From Eledone cirrhosa (lineage: Eukaryota), in NCBI GenBank assembly GCA_964016885.1, contig OZ024741.1, forward strand, positions 372,186,001-372,250,000: a DNA stretch of 64,000 nucleotides, written 5' to 3'. Of this stretch, positions 22,172-35,701 are shown piece by piece. The first letter of the stretch is position 1. Each line of letters opens with the position of its first letter. The position numbers and the translations under genes were made by a program. The notes under the pieces are model-generated. The model worked only from the letters and a program-made list of their open reading frames with translations. It had not been told where the DNA came from and did not search any database.

Positions 22172-22782
22172 ATGTGTATATATATATGTGTGTGTGTGTA
22201 TGTGTGTATGTATATGTATGTGTGTGTGTATGTATGTGTGTATATGTATATATATATATATATATATATGTATATGTATATGTATGTATGTGTGGATGAA
22301 GGTATGTGTGTATATATAGGTGTAAGTGCACTAAATCCCTTTCTATCACGCTCCACTCTCCTACCCATCACAGGAAGATATGTGCATGTATATTGCTTCC
22401 ACCCCCTCACTGACCAGCAGCTGGCCAGCTGGTGATTGCTAAATCTGACCTTTATAAAATAACCCACACCCCAAATAACTTCTCATTCACTACCAGAAAG
22501 GGACACAGCAGTCAACCTGTTGTTGCTACCAAGATGAAAACTGCTATGAAATCCCACAATGAATTTTATACTTGAATTTTCAAGTCTCAAATTTTAACTC
22601 TTCGTATTATTAATTTTTCTTAATATTAATCAACATTTGAAAAGATGGCTTTTGCAGACCCATCGAAACCGGTCATTTTTTATACCCTTTATTATTTCCT
22701 TACCTTATAAAATTATGTTTTTTCACAAAAAAGTATTCTGTCTCTTATATATTCCATGTGCCATTACCAACCTCAATTTTCT
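20065..22782. repeat. ~1.26-kb inverted duplication (arms 20065-21331 and 21524-22782, ~190-bp spacer)
   Basis: Unique sequence and the compound microsatellite are both mirrored. The arms differ by a few substitutions and repeat-length changes. Confidence 0.92.
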
Positions 22783-22870
22783 CTATAACCTTCGCTTTGT
22801 GTAGAAAATTACACTTTTCATATATATATATATATATAAGAAATTAAAAGATGGTTAAAAAACTTCCATA

Positions 22871-22941
22871 TATTTTATTATGCGCATTTCAAAAACAAAT
22901 ATCATCCTGCGACAATAATTGCGTTCTCATCAGATAAAATA
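22871..22941 (-). ncRNA. Minimal hammerhead ribozyme
   Basis: TATTTTAT-CTGATGA-GAAC...GTTTTT-GAAA-TGCGCA-TA-ATAAAATA; the homologous copy is at 47002-47072. Confidence 0.65.
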
Positions 22942-22989
22942 AGGTAAGATGATATGATGTCTAAAAACACTTGTGAACAAGAAAGTGTC

Positions 22990-23028
<39 letters not shown>

Positions 23029-23286
23029 TATATAAATGTATGTGTGTGTGTGTAGCTGTTTTGGTTGAGTGACACCTGTAAATGTTTCTACCCTTTCTTT
23101 ATTTTGTTATTGTCTCACATGCATCTTACGAACTGAGCAGTTCACGAATCTGTTTCATCAACTAGCATTACAAGTGCAATGCCTCCTTAATGTGCAAAAT
23201 TGCACGCCAGTAAGGTGACTGATGAGGTAGATGTGCAGTTGTCTGTTCGTCTTATTTTATTATCTTTCTGTGTGCATTTTCTGCAG

Positions 23287-23363
<77 letters not shown>

Positions 23364-23397
23364 TATACATACATATATATACACACACATAAATATA

Positions 23398-23434
<37 letters not shown>

Positions 23435-23651
23435 GGGATAACAAGTTATCGTTATAGGTAATCCAGTTAAAGGTTGTGAATACTCCGTATTGTGGATAGT
23501 TTTAGCGTACGGCGTTGTTTGACTCAACAAGAGGTTTCCTTAGGTAGCGAGTTTATGAGTTTTCGGGAATTCCTATGTAAGTCAATCTTGGAGTAATAAT
23601 AGTGAAAGAGTGAAGAATAACATGGTCAACAGTACAAACAGGGTTTTATTT

Positions 23652-23766
23652 ACAGTACTAACAATTGTTTCATTGATTAAGTTGTCTAAAAATTGCTAAT
23701 CACTTGAAGTTATGTCACTCAATTTTAAATACAATGTATGCTTAGCCAAATCATCAGAAAAACTGA
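23652..23766 (-). ncRNA. Degenerate hammerhead ribozyme with long stem II
   Basis: CTGATGA...GAAA-CAATTG-TT; stem I is only partly paired. Confidence 0.35.
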
Positions 23767-23795
23767 TTAAAATTATACACGGCGTTTGTAATATA

Positions 23796-25045
23796 CTAGG
23801 GAAATTCAAATTACAACATCAGTAATAAAGAAGAAAAAAACAAAAAGATTTATTTTCCGTTATTAGGGGCTACAGTAGGCAGAACAACTAAAATTTTATG
23901 AGTAAAAAATATTAAACGGAACACAAAGCATAATTGGTGCAAATTTGAATAAAATCGGCCGCAAACTGTAGAAGTTATTGACGTCGATACTCTTTTAAAT
24001 TCAGTTTTTCTCATACATGGCCCGAATTAGATAAAAACTCGAAAAATCGGTTAGTCCAGAATATTGTTTGGTACATGAGGCATAGTTGTTCCAAATTGGA
24101 AGGAAATCGGTCGCAAACTGTAGGCGTTACGATGCGGATTTTTTCGATTCGTTTTTTTCTAGTCCAGGGGGTACACTAAACAAAATGAGTCCAAAATAAA
24201 GTCGGGAACATAATGCACGTTTGTTCCAAATTTGAAGGAAATCGAATGTAAACTGTAGAAGTTATTAACAAAAATGATTCTTTTGAGTCGGGTTTTTTCT
24301 TATAGAGGGCACAGTAGACACAAATTTGAAAATGTAATGAGTTCGTACGAAGGTCAGGAGCATAACTCGCGTTTGTGTCATATTGGAAGAAAATCGGTTG
24401 CAAGTTGTAGAAGTTACGCGGAAACACACATACACACACGCGCGCGCGCACACACACACACACAGAGTCTATTTTATATATATATAGACTAGCAGAAAAC
24501 CACCCGGGGGGGGGGGGGGTTTCTGCTAGTCTATATATCTAAATCAGAGAATGTCTGTCTGTCTGTCAGCTCACTAAAACTTGAGAACCATCCAACCGAT
24601 TGTTTTCAAACTTTAGACATGTAATACTTATGGTCCTGTGAGTGTTTTGAGCAAAAATTATTTCAAATTTTCAATGCCCTAGGGACCGCATTAGGCGATA
24701 TAGCGTTCTCTCTATATAATTCTTAGTCTTTCTTTTTAGATAGATAGATAGATATAACGTTGCACCTTTATAATATCTGTCTGTATGTCTGGCTGTCTGC
24801 ATTACGTCATTATGACGCGCTCAGCGCGATTCCCTCGGCCTCAGTGACCAAAGTCAGTGGAGAGGGGAAGGTAATGTTTCTGTAGCACGTGTTTTAGCGT
24901 CTATTCACTCTCTCTCTCTCCCTCTCTCCCTCCCGCTATCCCCCTCTCGTAGTCTGTCTCTTTCTTTCACTCTCACTCTCTCTCTACGCACGTGTTTCCA
25001 CTGTCGGACAGACAGACAGAGAAATTGCTGGTTATATATATAAGT
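23796..25045. mobile_element. Cluster of Helitron-like non-autonomous elements
   Basis: CTAG end at 23796, TCTATATA heads at about 24488 (minus) and 24530 (plus), (GTCT)n tracts and a central hairpin at 24481-24536. Confidence 0.5.
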
Positions 25046-25261
25046 AGATAGATAGATAGATAAGAGAGCAAAAGGAAAACTTTTTGAATTTGTGTGTGAA
25101 TGTATGTGTGTGTAAATTAAAAGTTAGTAATATAAAAGGCGGTAACAAATAGGCATTGTACAAGAAAAATTAAACGATAAGAAAATTAAACAATAGCAAA
25201 AGTAAGAATAAAATGTTTTGTGTGGTCATTTTTGGAATGCAGTTGATTATGTATTTATATA

Positions 25262-25760
25262 TGTTTCTCTTTCTCTTAATTTCGAGTACATTTTTGACGA
25301 GCTACCTTCCTGGTGGCAAGGTTGTAAAAGAAAAGAAATTGTCATCCCTTGAATCGCAAGAATATTTTGCAAATTTTGAACGTGCCAGCTATCGCAGCCA
25401 TTTGTAGTCTATGAATTCGGGAGCTGCGCTCTTTGTCCACAAATCCAAGTTCAGTTATACATTGGTCCAAGCGGGTTGGTATATAACCTGTAGCACCAAT
25501 AATGATGGGTATGAACGTACATCTGTAGATGTCCTCCTTTTCTTGTATTTTTCTTACTACATTGACATCCAGTTGGCAGTTGATATCTTCAACAGAGCAT
25601 GTTTTCAATGTGTGGTCCCAAACAACAATATCAGGCGGGTTGTGCTTTAATTTGGTGGCAGGTTTTAGTTTTAGGTTCCACCAGTTTTCTTTAGTGCCAT
25701 CTATCTCAACATTTTCCTCCTCATTTGTTTTTAATTTTGTTTTCCTAAGTGCGCTCCAGA
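25262..25760 (-). mobile_element. 3' fragment of R4-like LINE family 2 in (TATG)n
   Basis: Reverse-complement match to about 34120-34655; encodes KTCSVEDINCQLDVNVVRKIQEKED..PIIIGATG. Confidence 0.8.
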
Positions 25761-25967
25761 TGTATGTATGTATGTATGTATGTATTAATTTTTTATTTAT
25801 TTTTTTTATTATTTATTAATTTTTTTTTTCTGCTCGTACAATGGCCATACTCGATAACGAGGGGGCAGCCATCATGTATGTATGTATGTATGTATGTATG
25901 TATGTATGTATGTATGTATGTATGTATGTATGTATGTATGTATGTATGTATGTATGTATGTATGTAT

Positions 25968-26552
25968 TGTATTGTACTGGTAACATGTATCCCAGTACAA
26001 CCTATCTCATGGTCGGGTCGTTGGCGACTAAACTGGCAACCCCACCAAGGTTTCTTGGTGAGGAGGGTGACTTTGGACATCCTGCAGGACTAAAAACAAA
26101 ACCTGTCAAAGGGCAAAGGAGCTCTTAAGAATCAATGGCCATCCAAAATTACCGGGAGAGATGACCCCTTAGCCTTTGTCAAGGCAGAATTCTAGGAGAA
26201 GGAAAACTCTGATATAACACCTGCAACTCTGATGGTATCCAATGATGTTGACATGTTCTTCTTTTTGATAAATATCATCTTGGTTAAGAGAGTGGGACTG
26301 GCTTTGTGCAGTGCCTTTGCTCACTATAAAAGCTTCACGGCACAGGCATTGCTTTATATCTGGAGATCTCTCTGCACTTGTCGTCACATGGTACCATGGG
26401 CCCAGCACTATGTGACAGTAATTGTCACAAGTACCAGAGTTTTCAAGTCGCTGGCTGGACTAAAAAGTCACACTCGTTCAGCGCATCGGTAGGAGTTCTC
26501 CTACATGGATATACAGTAGTGGCCGTACTCGAAAACGAGTTGGCAGCCACCA
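25968..26552 (+). mobile_element. Bipartite RTE derivative in (TATG)n
   Basis: Near-identical to 7426-8031. Confidence 0.75.
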
Positions 26553-26624
26553 TGTATGTATGTATGTATGTATGTATGTATGTATGTATGTATGTATGTA
26601 TGTAGGTATGTATGTATGTATGAA

Positions 26625-26930
26625 AGGCCCCCAGTTGTTTTCACAACACTTTTCTAGGAGAAGGAAATTCTGAAAAAAAAAAAAACCTGCGGCTTCGGAA
26701 AGATCCGATGATGTTGACGAGTTCTCATTTTCGGGTAGTGTTTTCGATGCTCAGAGAGTGGGATTGGTCAAGTGCAATGCCTTTCCCCACTTAAAAAACC
26801 TTCAAATCACAGGCATTGCTTGTTCAGGATATGTTACAGGTTCATGTGGCTGACCGTGGCCTAAAAGTGGACCAAACTCTATAATCTGACAAGCGATTGC
26901 AATACTCTTAGCAGAGTTTGCAACCATCAT
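26625..26930 (+). mobile_element. Diverged bipartite RTE derivative
   Basis: Same conserved blocks; the 3' end GCAATACTCTTAGCAGAGTTTGCAACCATCAT matches 35361-35400. Confidence 0.55.
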
Positions 26931-27162
26931 GTATATATGTTAGTTTTACGCTTGATATTGTAGGAAAAGAGTCTTAACGTTTTGGACGCTAGTCCTTCAT
27001 CTAAAATAGAATGAGAAATTAAGTAAGATATAGAAAGATAGAGGAGAGTGGGCAGTGGCAGAAAGGAAACAAATTCTTAGAGAAACAACAGGTCTATACA
27101 AGTCGCCATCTCTTGGAAAACTGTTGATTCTGGCTTTGTTGTATAAGTTGATCTTGTTTTAA

Positions 27163-28361
27163 AACATACACATACACATAATACACTCACATACACACAC
27201 ACACAGACACAGACACACACACATACACATAATACACTCACATACACACTCACATACACACACACACACATACACATAATACACTCACATACACACACAC
27301 ATACACATAATACACTCACATACACACACACAGACACACACACATACACATAATACACTCACATACACACACACAGACACACACACATACACATAATACA
27401 CTCACATGCACACACACAGACACACACACATACACATAATACACTCACATACACACACACAGACACACATACACATAATACACTCACATATACACACACA
27501 TACACATAATACACTCACATACACACACACAGACACACACACATACTCATAATACACTCACATACACACACACAGACACATACACATACAGACAGACAGA
27601 TACACTCACATACACAAACACAGACAGACACACACACATAATACACTCACATACACAAACAACACAGACAGACAGATACACAGACACACACGCACATACA
27701 GACAATACAGACAGATACACACACACAAACAACACAGATACACACACACATACAGACAGACAGATACACACACACAAACAACACAGACAGACACACACAC
27801 AAACAACACATACACATACATACAGACAGACAGATACACACACACAAACAACACAGACACACACACATACAGACAGACAGATACACACACAAACAACACA
27901 GACAGACACATACACAAACAACACATACACACACACATACAAAGAGACACACACACATACAAACAGACAGACAGATACACACAGACAGATACACACACAT
28001 ACAAAGAGACACACACACACAAACAGAGAGACGTACACATGCAACACACATAGACACACGCATACACAAACCTTGACACACACACACACACACATACAAA
28101 CAGACAGACACACACAAACCTTGACACACACACATACAAACAGACAGACACACACAAACCTTGACACACACACATACTAACAGACACACATACAAACAGA
28201 CACACACACACACATACTAACAGACAGACACACACATACTAACAGACACACACACATACATACAGACAGACACACACAAACAGACAGACACACATACAAA
28301 CAGACACACATACTTACAAATAGACACGCACACATACACACAAACAACGAACAACACACAT

Positions 28362-28419
<58 letters not shown>

Positions 28420-28775
28420 TTTCTTTTCAAATCTTGAACCATTAACATGTGTTTGCACATGTGTGTGTATGTGAATATGTGTGTGTGTATGTGTGTATGT
28501 GAATATGTGTGTGTGAGAGGTAGAGTGAGTGTGTGTGTGAGTGGGTATATGTATGTGTGTCTGTGCGCGTGTGTGTATGTGTTTGTGTGTGTATGTGTGT
28601 GAGTGTGTGTGAGTGTACATGGGAGTGTGTGTGTGAGTGGATATGTGTGTCTGTGCGCGTGTATGTATGTGTTTGTGTGTGTGAGTGTATGTGTGAGTGT
28701 GTGGGTGAGTGGGTATATGTATGTGTGTCTGTGTTTGTGTGTGTGTGAGTGTACGTGTGAGTGTGTGTGTGGGTA
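27163..28775. repeat. CA-rich minisatellite/compound microsatellite that switches to TG-rich at about 28440
   Basis: Units such as CATAATACACTCACATACACAC.. and ACAGACAGATACAC.. Confidence 0.85.
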
Positions 28776-29159
28776 TTATTAACCTACTAGCACAAGTAGC
28801 ATTTGCTACGGGTCCTACATTTTCAGGGCGTTTCGCATTTTAAGGGCCCCGCGCAACCGTTAACTTTTATGTCTCATAAAATAAATAAAGTTCAGGGTTC
28901 CCTTGAACTCTGAGTTCCCTTATATTTTATTAACCTCGGAAGGATTAAAGGCAAAGTTGACCCCGGTGGGATTTGAACTCAGAATGTAATGAGTCAAAAA
29001 CAAATGACGCGAAACATTTCTCCCAGGGCTCTACCAATTCTACCAACACCCACTTTGTAATTCTGTCTAATCAGGAACTTACTCAGTAACATTAATTTCT
29101 AATTTAAGCACGGGGCCAAGAAATTTGGAAGAAGGGCAAAATTGATGAAACCAACCTCG

Positions 29160-29590
29160 TGGTCAGGGTGTTAGACTTACGATCATAATGTCGTAGGTTC
29201 AATTCCAAGACTAGGTTGTGAGTTGTGTTCTTGAGCAAAACACTTCATTTCACGTTGCTCCAGTATACTCAACTGAAAAGGAGTACCAGCAATAGGAGGG
29301 GGTTTAACCCTGCAATAAACTGGCGTCCTATCCGGGGTGGTCGTGCTAGACTTACGGTCATCATGTAGGTTTAATTCCTTGTCCGGGCGGTATGTTGTGT
29401 TCTTGAGCAAAACACTTCATTTCACGTTGCTCCAGTATACTCTGCTGAAAATGAGTACCAGCAATAGCAGTGGGTTTAACCCTGCGATGAACTAGCGTCC
29501 TATCCAGTGGGGAGGGATCTTCTACTCTCAGTCGTTCAATACCAAGGAAGCAGGGATAAATACAGGCCTACTGAGCTTTCGTTCGGACTT
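29160..29590 (+). mobile_element. Two tandem tRNA/CORE-like SINE copies
   Basis: The block TTGTGTTCTTGAGCAAAACACTTCATTTCACGTTGCTCCAGTATACTC is duplicated. Confidence 0.7.
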
Positions 29591-29761
29591 AAGACAAATT
29601 TTAGACATCTTTAGAGTACTTGACAGGTACTTTATGTTATGGAGTCTGGAAGGATGAAAGGCAGATTTGAACACAGAACATAACACCGCAAAATATTTCT
29701 TTCGACGCTCTACCGATTCTGTCACGCACCACCCTGTAATTGCATATAATCATGAACTTAC

Positions 29762-29771
29762 CTCGTAACAT
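29762..29771 (-). CDS. Candidate first coding exon (M-L-R + 1 nt) of the hexosaminidase
   Basis: GTA ATG TTA CGA G|GTAAGT is a consensus donor in phase 1. Joining it to 4890 gives the signal peptide MLRVICLVVICISCING. Confidence 0.5.
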
Positions 29772-29798
29772 TACTGCTCGGCTTCGTATAATGTAAGA

Positions 29799-29833
29799 AA
29801 ACTGGTGGATATCAAAACACACGAATTTATATA
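29799..29833 (-). promoter_or_regulatory. Candidate core promoter: TATA box + initiator
   Basis: TATATAAA at 29833-29826 starts 30 nt upstream of the A (29803) in CCAGTT, which lies 32 nt before the ATG. Confidence 0.45.
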
Positions 29834-30588
29834 TAAGTGTGTAAGTTAACAGAAATATGTAGCGTCAATGAATGTGAAAGAAGTGACAACTAAATGCCTC
29901 CTGGGAACTAATCAAAATATAGTTGTATGACAACTGTATGTTATCATATTTCTACTGAAGTGTGTGTGATTGATTGTGTGTCTGTGTGTCTGTGTGTGTG
30001 CGTATATATATCGCCCCCCCGTCCCCTCAAAACGTGAAACTAATAAACCTTTGTTTGTACTGCCTCTCTGTTTTGTTCCCGTTCCATATTTCACTATATA
30101 TTTCTATTTGTGAATGTATACCAGTAACTGCCAACGTGTTAGTAAACGTGTATGTATGTTGTACATACATGATCAAATGTCTGAACGTATCTGATATGTT
30201 TCTAAAAAAAAGTCAGTGAATTGGATGAGTCGTCTGAATGTCGGATAGTGTGCTTTGCGGTATTCGTTCCGTCTCTCTGCCCTCTGATTTCAAATCCCAC
30301 CGAGGTCAACCTTATCTTTCAACCCTTTGAGTTCAATGAAAAAAAGTACCAGTCAAATATTAAAGTCGATCCTTCCTCTATATCTCTTTTTCACTTCCAT
30401 TCTCTCACTCTCTCTGTATTCAGACCTAGAGGGGAGATGGACTCCACCAAGTTTAAAAAATACCCTCGAAACGCTGTATGTTAAAACGGCGCCCCTATGA
30501 TTCACTAAGGAGTTACGAGACCATACATACATGCTTCTAAATACTTTTGTCATCTATTTCCAGATTGTATGCTTACTTTTGCCATCTT

Positions 30589-31229
30589 CTTTCTGACGTA
30601 AACTCCGCCAGTTGCAGACTGCGCATCAAAATGTGATATCTCTCTCCACAAAGTTCGATCACCAGCAGCAGAGTTTAATGAGCAAAGTCCAGTCCATGAA
30701 CTGACATTGTCAAGCCATCGTTTTGGCTACCGGCCTCTGCTTCTCTTACCAGCCAACCTTCCTTCCAGACATAACCTACTCACACCACGAGTTGATCTTT
30801 TTATATGACCGTATAGTTTGAGTATTCTTGACTTGACAATTGATGTAATTGGTCTACGTTTGGTAATGTTGAACAGCTCACTGATACAGATACGGTCCCT
30901 GAGCCGCTTGCCAGTCATAAGTCTCATGATGTGGTTCTGGAATGTAGAGAGCTTCTGAAGTGACCTTGTCCTCCAATTAACACAGTCAAGACCATATAAC
31001 ACAACTGGTAGGATGTAAGTATCAAAGATCTTAGCTTTTAAATGATAGGAAACTCGTTTTGGTGTTAGTAGTTCCTTGTTCTTGTTGAAAGCTGCCTAAC
31101 CCAGAGCGATGCGATATTGCACAGCAACCATTCCATTGTTGTTTGATGATAGTTTGTGACCGAGATATACAGACTCCATAACTTGAGCAATTTGCTGGTT
31201 GTAGATTGTGAGTTGGAGATTGGCATTGT
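30589..31229 (-). mobile_element. Decayed RTE-clade LINE 3' fragment
   Basis: Encodes LPVVLYG..LSTFQNHIMR..LKLYGHIKR..LEGRLAGKRSRGR; possible TSD TTTTGCCATCT. Confidence 0.7.
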
Positions 31230-31499
31230 TTTGCCATCTATTTCCAGCTTATATGCTTACTTTCTTATAAAATTCATTCCTTGCTTTTCCTGAATCACAT
31301 TGTAAAATCAAGAATCACATTGTAAAATCTTATATTTGTCAGTGTATTCATACTTTTGACCATGACTGTATATACATACATCTTGAATCTAAAAAAAATA
31401 GTCTAAAGTCTGTCTTGAGCCAGGAGGCTCATCTGGCGGGTGCTTATCTCGGTTTCCGTGAGAGCGGTCATGCTTATCTCGGTTTCTTGTTGAGAGCGG

Positions 31500-33735
31500 T
31501 CAGGCTAGCTGAAAAAAAGAGGCCTCGGGCGTGAGGATTCAGGGTGCCATGGATAAGTCTATTGGTGAGTCCCACAATTGCACTCAGAAGGCGTGCAATA
31601 AAAAAAGATTTTACTTATATTTGGTAGACCTGTTATCATATGTTGAACTTCCAATCTTGGTAGTTTTTTTAAAAATTGGTTTTAATATGGCCTTTCCCTC
31701 AGACTGATAGTTTCTACATTGGAACAAATAGTGCCAAAGAGTTTCTGGAGAGTCACCACAAGAATATAGAGGTGAATCTCTATGACCTGTTCTTGATAGA
31801 ATGTAGTTCAAAGGTATATGTCCAGTTGGAAGGCAGCATAGTATTTTTTTATTTGCATTACTCAATGATCAATAAGTTTTGAATATTGTCAAATCTAGTT
31901 GAGAAAGTGGTAGATTGAAATTTGTGAGCTTATCTCTGGATTCTTATATGTTTGCTAACTGATTTTACCTGCGAAAGATTTGGGATGTAGTCTATATCTA
32001 TTATTTTACTTTGTGCTCCCACTTTTGCAAATTCGTCTGCTTTCCTATTTCCTCTAATATCTGTATGGCCCGCTGTCTAAATCACTGTTATTTCTTTATT
32101 ATTTTCTGAGAGGTAGTTATCTATTTTTAGCGGAGCATTCTCAATATCTCTAATCCGACCCCTTTCTCTTGATTGAAGCAGTTCTAGGTTCAATAGACTA
32201 TCAGTAAATAGAAAACCATTTCTCCAGGGCAATTCCTTAGCTGAATCTATAGATAATGTAATTATCTACCATTCTGCATCAAATATAGTGTTTGAGATGA
32301 GTTTCCCCATTTCAAGTCAGATTGTAACCAAATACCAAGTTTCTTGGTGGATTTTTGTGGTATCAGTAGTTTGTCCATCAAGTATATTTCATCGCATTGA
32401 TAATTGATGGGTCCTTTATGTCTAGTGAGATCAAGCTGGTCGGTTGTTTTCAAGAGATTTGAGTTTCTAACGATTGTGGTTATTTCATGTACACAGTTCC
32501 CAGTGTTTTTATTCACTCAAAATCCGAACTGGGAATTGGGGAAAATGTTCATTGTTTCTCCTAAATAAGATAGTCTATTGCATAAAACTTTTTCTAGCAT
32601 TTTAGAATTATTGCTTAATAAGGCTTCTGGACGGTATGATCTCGTAGAATGGTAGTTATCCTTATTTGGTTTCGGTATTACTAACGTGTAAGTAAATTTC
32701 CATATATCTGGATGGTGTTGGAATTTGATTATACTATTAAATAAGTTGAGCACTATTTCATGTATTACACTCCAAGTTTCATTGATGATTAAATTGGATA
32801 TAACATCGGGGCCTGAGGCCGTTTCCATTGTCAACTCATCCTTAACTGCTAGTAGTTCTTGTTCAGCAGTAGGAGGGAAATCTGCGTTTGGAGTGAGAGA
32901 ATCAGAAGTTTCCTGATGGGTAGTGGATTCTGTAAATGAAACGTTGCCAAAAAGCAATCTTGCAAATAGCGAATAGAGTTTGGAAGTGTTTAAGATTACC
33001 TCACCATTGTGGTCATGTATCAATAGCTCTTGAATTTTTTCGGGGGTGGGGGGAACCATTGCATTGTATATGCTCTATATATCGCCCATGGACTCCAGGT
33101 TAGCTTTGCTAGACCAGAAATCATTTTTGGCTTGTTTTGTTTGCCTTTTAAACCTTTTCTTTAGTTATAATTTTCATAATTGGAATCAGTTGAATGGTAT
33201 TTCCATTTTTTTAATGACTGAGTCATTTCCCTTTTTAGTTGTTTTAGTTCTTCACTCCACCATGCCTTATTATAGTTGTTATCCTTATTACTGTTATTTT
33301 TATTTGGATCGTAATACGTAAAAGGAACTTTCTCTGATTGTATCATGTATTTTGTCGATAAATAATTGTAGACTTGTTTTTAGCTCTTCAGCTGGTTGGA
33401 GATTGTAAAATTTGTTGTGGGGTGATAATTCTGCTCCTAAGTAATTAGTAAACTTAATCCAATCAGTTTTGTAAAATTGATATTTTCTTACTTTAGGCTT
33501 TATTTGGTGTGTTTGACAATAGTTCAGGTTTTCGTTGGTTATAGGAATTGCAATATTAAAAGTGTTGGTGGCATGATCCGACCTTAGATCCATATTGTTG
33601 CTTAATTCCCAGTTTTCTATAAACGAAAAGGTTGGGAGTGAAGACCAGGAATGGTCTAGTGTTGAGGTTCTGTTGTTAAAATGTCTCTAGGTAAGGGAGT
33701 CTGGTACAGTATGTAGAATAAAGTTGTGTTTATTC
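31500..33735 (-). mobile_element. Decayed LINE with EN-end, RT and RNase H remnants (I/Nimb/R1-like group)
   Basis: Encodes SDH..YKTDW, WWSEEL, SGPDVI, IPKPNK..YRP..LL..KMLEK..QFGF, AGHTDIRGNRKADEFAK and TGH..CG..ET..HYLFQC, with many stops and deletions. Confidence 0.75.
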
Positions 33736-33792
33736 CTAACCCCTAACACACATACATACATTCATACATACATACATACATACATACATACA

Positions 33793-34656
33793 AATTGACC
33801 AATTTACAGAAAAAGTTGTGCATGGATACTTGAGACGTAAAACACAGACCATAGAGGCGATAAACCACTCAAAAAGCCTGGCATGGAATTCCGACAAGTT
33901 TATGACATCACACCTTGAGGGATATCTCTATGCAATACAGGAACAAGAACTCCCTACCAAATATCTGCTGCACAAAAGAGGAGGGCCATCAGCTGACAAT
34001 AAATGTAGGCTATGTAAAACAAAGATCGAGAATGTAAGCCACATTGTTTCCAGCTGCGAAAGAATGTCATCTCGCTGCTACCTCCCCATGAGACACGATG
34101 GGATAGCTAGAACCATCTGGAACGCACTTCGGAAAACAAAATTAACAACAAACGAGGAAGAATATATTGAGACAGATGGCACTAAGGAATACTGGTGGAA
34201 CCTGAAAATAAAAACTACCACCAAGTTAAAGCACAACAGGCCTGATATTGTTGTTTGGGACCACACATTGAAAACGTGTTCTGTTGTGGAGATCAGCTGC
34301 CCACTTGATGTAAACGTTGTCAGAAAAATACAGGAGAAGGAGGACATCTACGGACCATTGATGAGGAGTTTATAAATCCAGTATCCAAGATACACCTTTA
34401 GTTTCATACCCATCATTATTGGAGCTACGGGTTATATACCAACCCGCTTGGACGAAAGTATGACTGAACTTGGATTTGCGGACAAAGAGCGCAGCTCCCT
34501 AATTCATAGTCTACAAATGGCTGCGATAGCTGGCACCTTCAACATTTGCAAAACATTCTTGCGATTCAAGGGGTGACAATTCTTTTCTTTTACAACCTTG
34601 CCACCAGTAAGGTGGCCGGTCAAAAAAATATACTCGAAATTAAGAGAAAGAGATAG
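33793..34656 (+). mobile_element. 5'-truncated R4-like RLE LINE (family 2) in (CATA)n
   Basis: ORF 33818-34375 has AIQEQE, CRLC..HIVSSC, RHD and RPDIVVWD..VEISCP. (CATA)n lies on both sides. Confidence 0.85.
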
Positions 34657-34681
34657 CATACATACATACATAATACATACA

Positions 34682-35222
34682 TGGTGGCTGCCAACTCGTT
34701 TTCGAGTACGGCCACTACTTTATATCCATGTAGGAGAACCCCTACCGATGCGCTGAACGAGTGTGACTTTTTAGTCCAGCCAGCGACTTGAAAACTCTGG
34801 TACAAACACTGCACTTGTGACAATTATTGACACATAGTGCTAGGCCCTTGGTACCATGTGATGATAAGTATAAAGCAATGCTTGTGCCGTGAAGCTTTTA
34901 TAGTGAGCAAAGGCACTGCACAAAGCCAGTCCCACTCTCTTAACCAAGATGATATTTACCAAAAAGAAGAACAAGTCAACATCATTGGATACCATCAGAG
35001 TTGCAGGTGTTATATCAGAGTTTTCCTTCTCCTAGAATTCTGCCTTGACAAAGGCTAAGGGGTCATCTCTCCCGGTGATTTTGGATGGCCATTGACTCTT
35101 AAGAACTCCTTTGCCCTTTGACAGGTTTTGTTTTTAATCCTGCAGGATGTCCAAAGTCACCCTCCTCACCAAGAAACCTTGGTGGGATTGCCAGTTTAGT
35201 CGCCAACGACCCGACCATGAGA
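34682..35222 (-). mobile_element. Bipartite RTE derivative in (CATA)n
   Basis: Reverse complement of 7426-8031, slightly 5'-truncated. Confidence 0.75.
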
Positions 35223-35360
35223 CATACATACATACATATATACATACATACATACATACATACATACATACATACATACACACATACACACATACATACA
35301 TACATACATACATACATACATACATACATACATACATACATACATACATACATACATACA

Positions 35361-35688
35361 TGATGGCTGCAAACTCATGCTGAGAGTATTGCAATCGCTT
35401 GTCAGATTCAGATGTGTGACGCTCAGATATGGCTTTTCAAGCCTGCTAGAGACTTGCACTCCTTCACACGCTGACGACAACTATGGGTCTCCCTGGCCTC
35501 AGGTCTTGCATCAGGTTGCCTGTGAACCTTAACAATACCGTGGAGATCATTGTTCACTGGTTCTCTCTGAACATAGCTACGGCTGTGGTTCCTGAGACCA
35601 TATTTGCTCAAGCAAAACCTTCCACACTCAGAGCACACCAATTCAATGAAGAGACCGATCGTTTCGAGAGATACACCAGGGCATTGCT
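35361..35688 (-). mobile_element. RTE-like LINE 3' fragment with two C2H2-like fingers
   Basis: Encodes CSECGRFCLSKYGLRNH and C..[C]VKECKSLAGLKSH; (CATA)n flanks. Confidence 0.6.
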
Positions 35689-35701
35689 TACATACATACA
35701 T

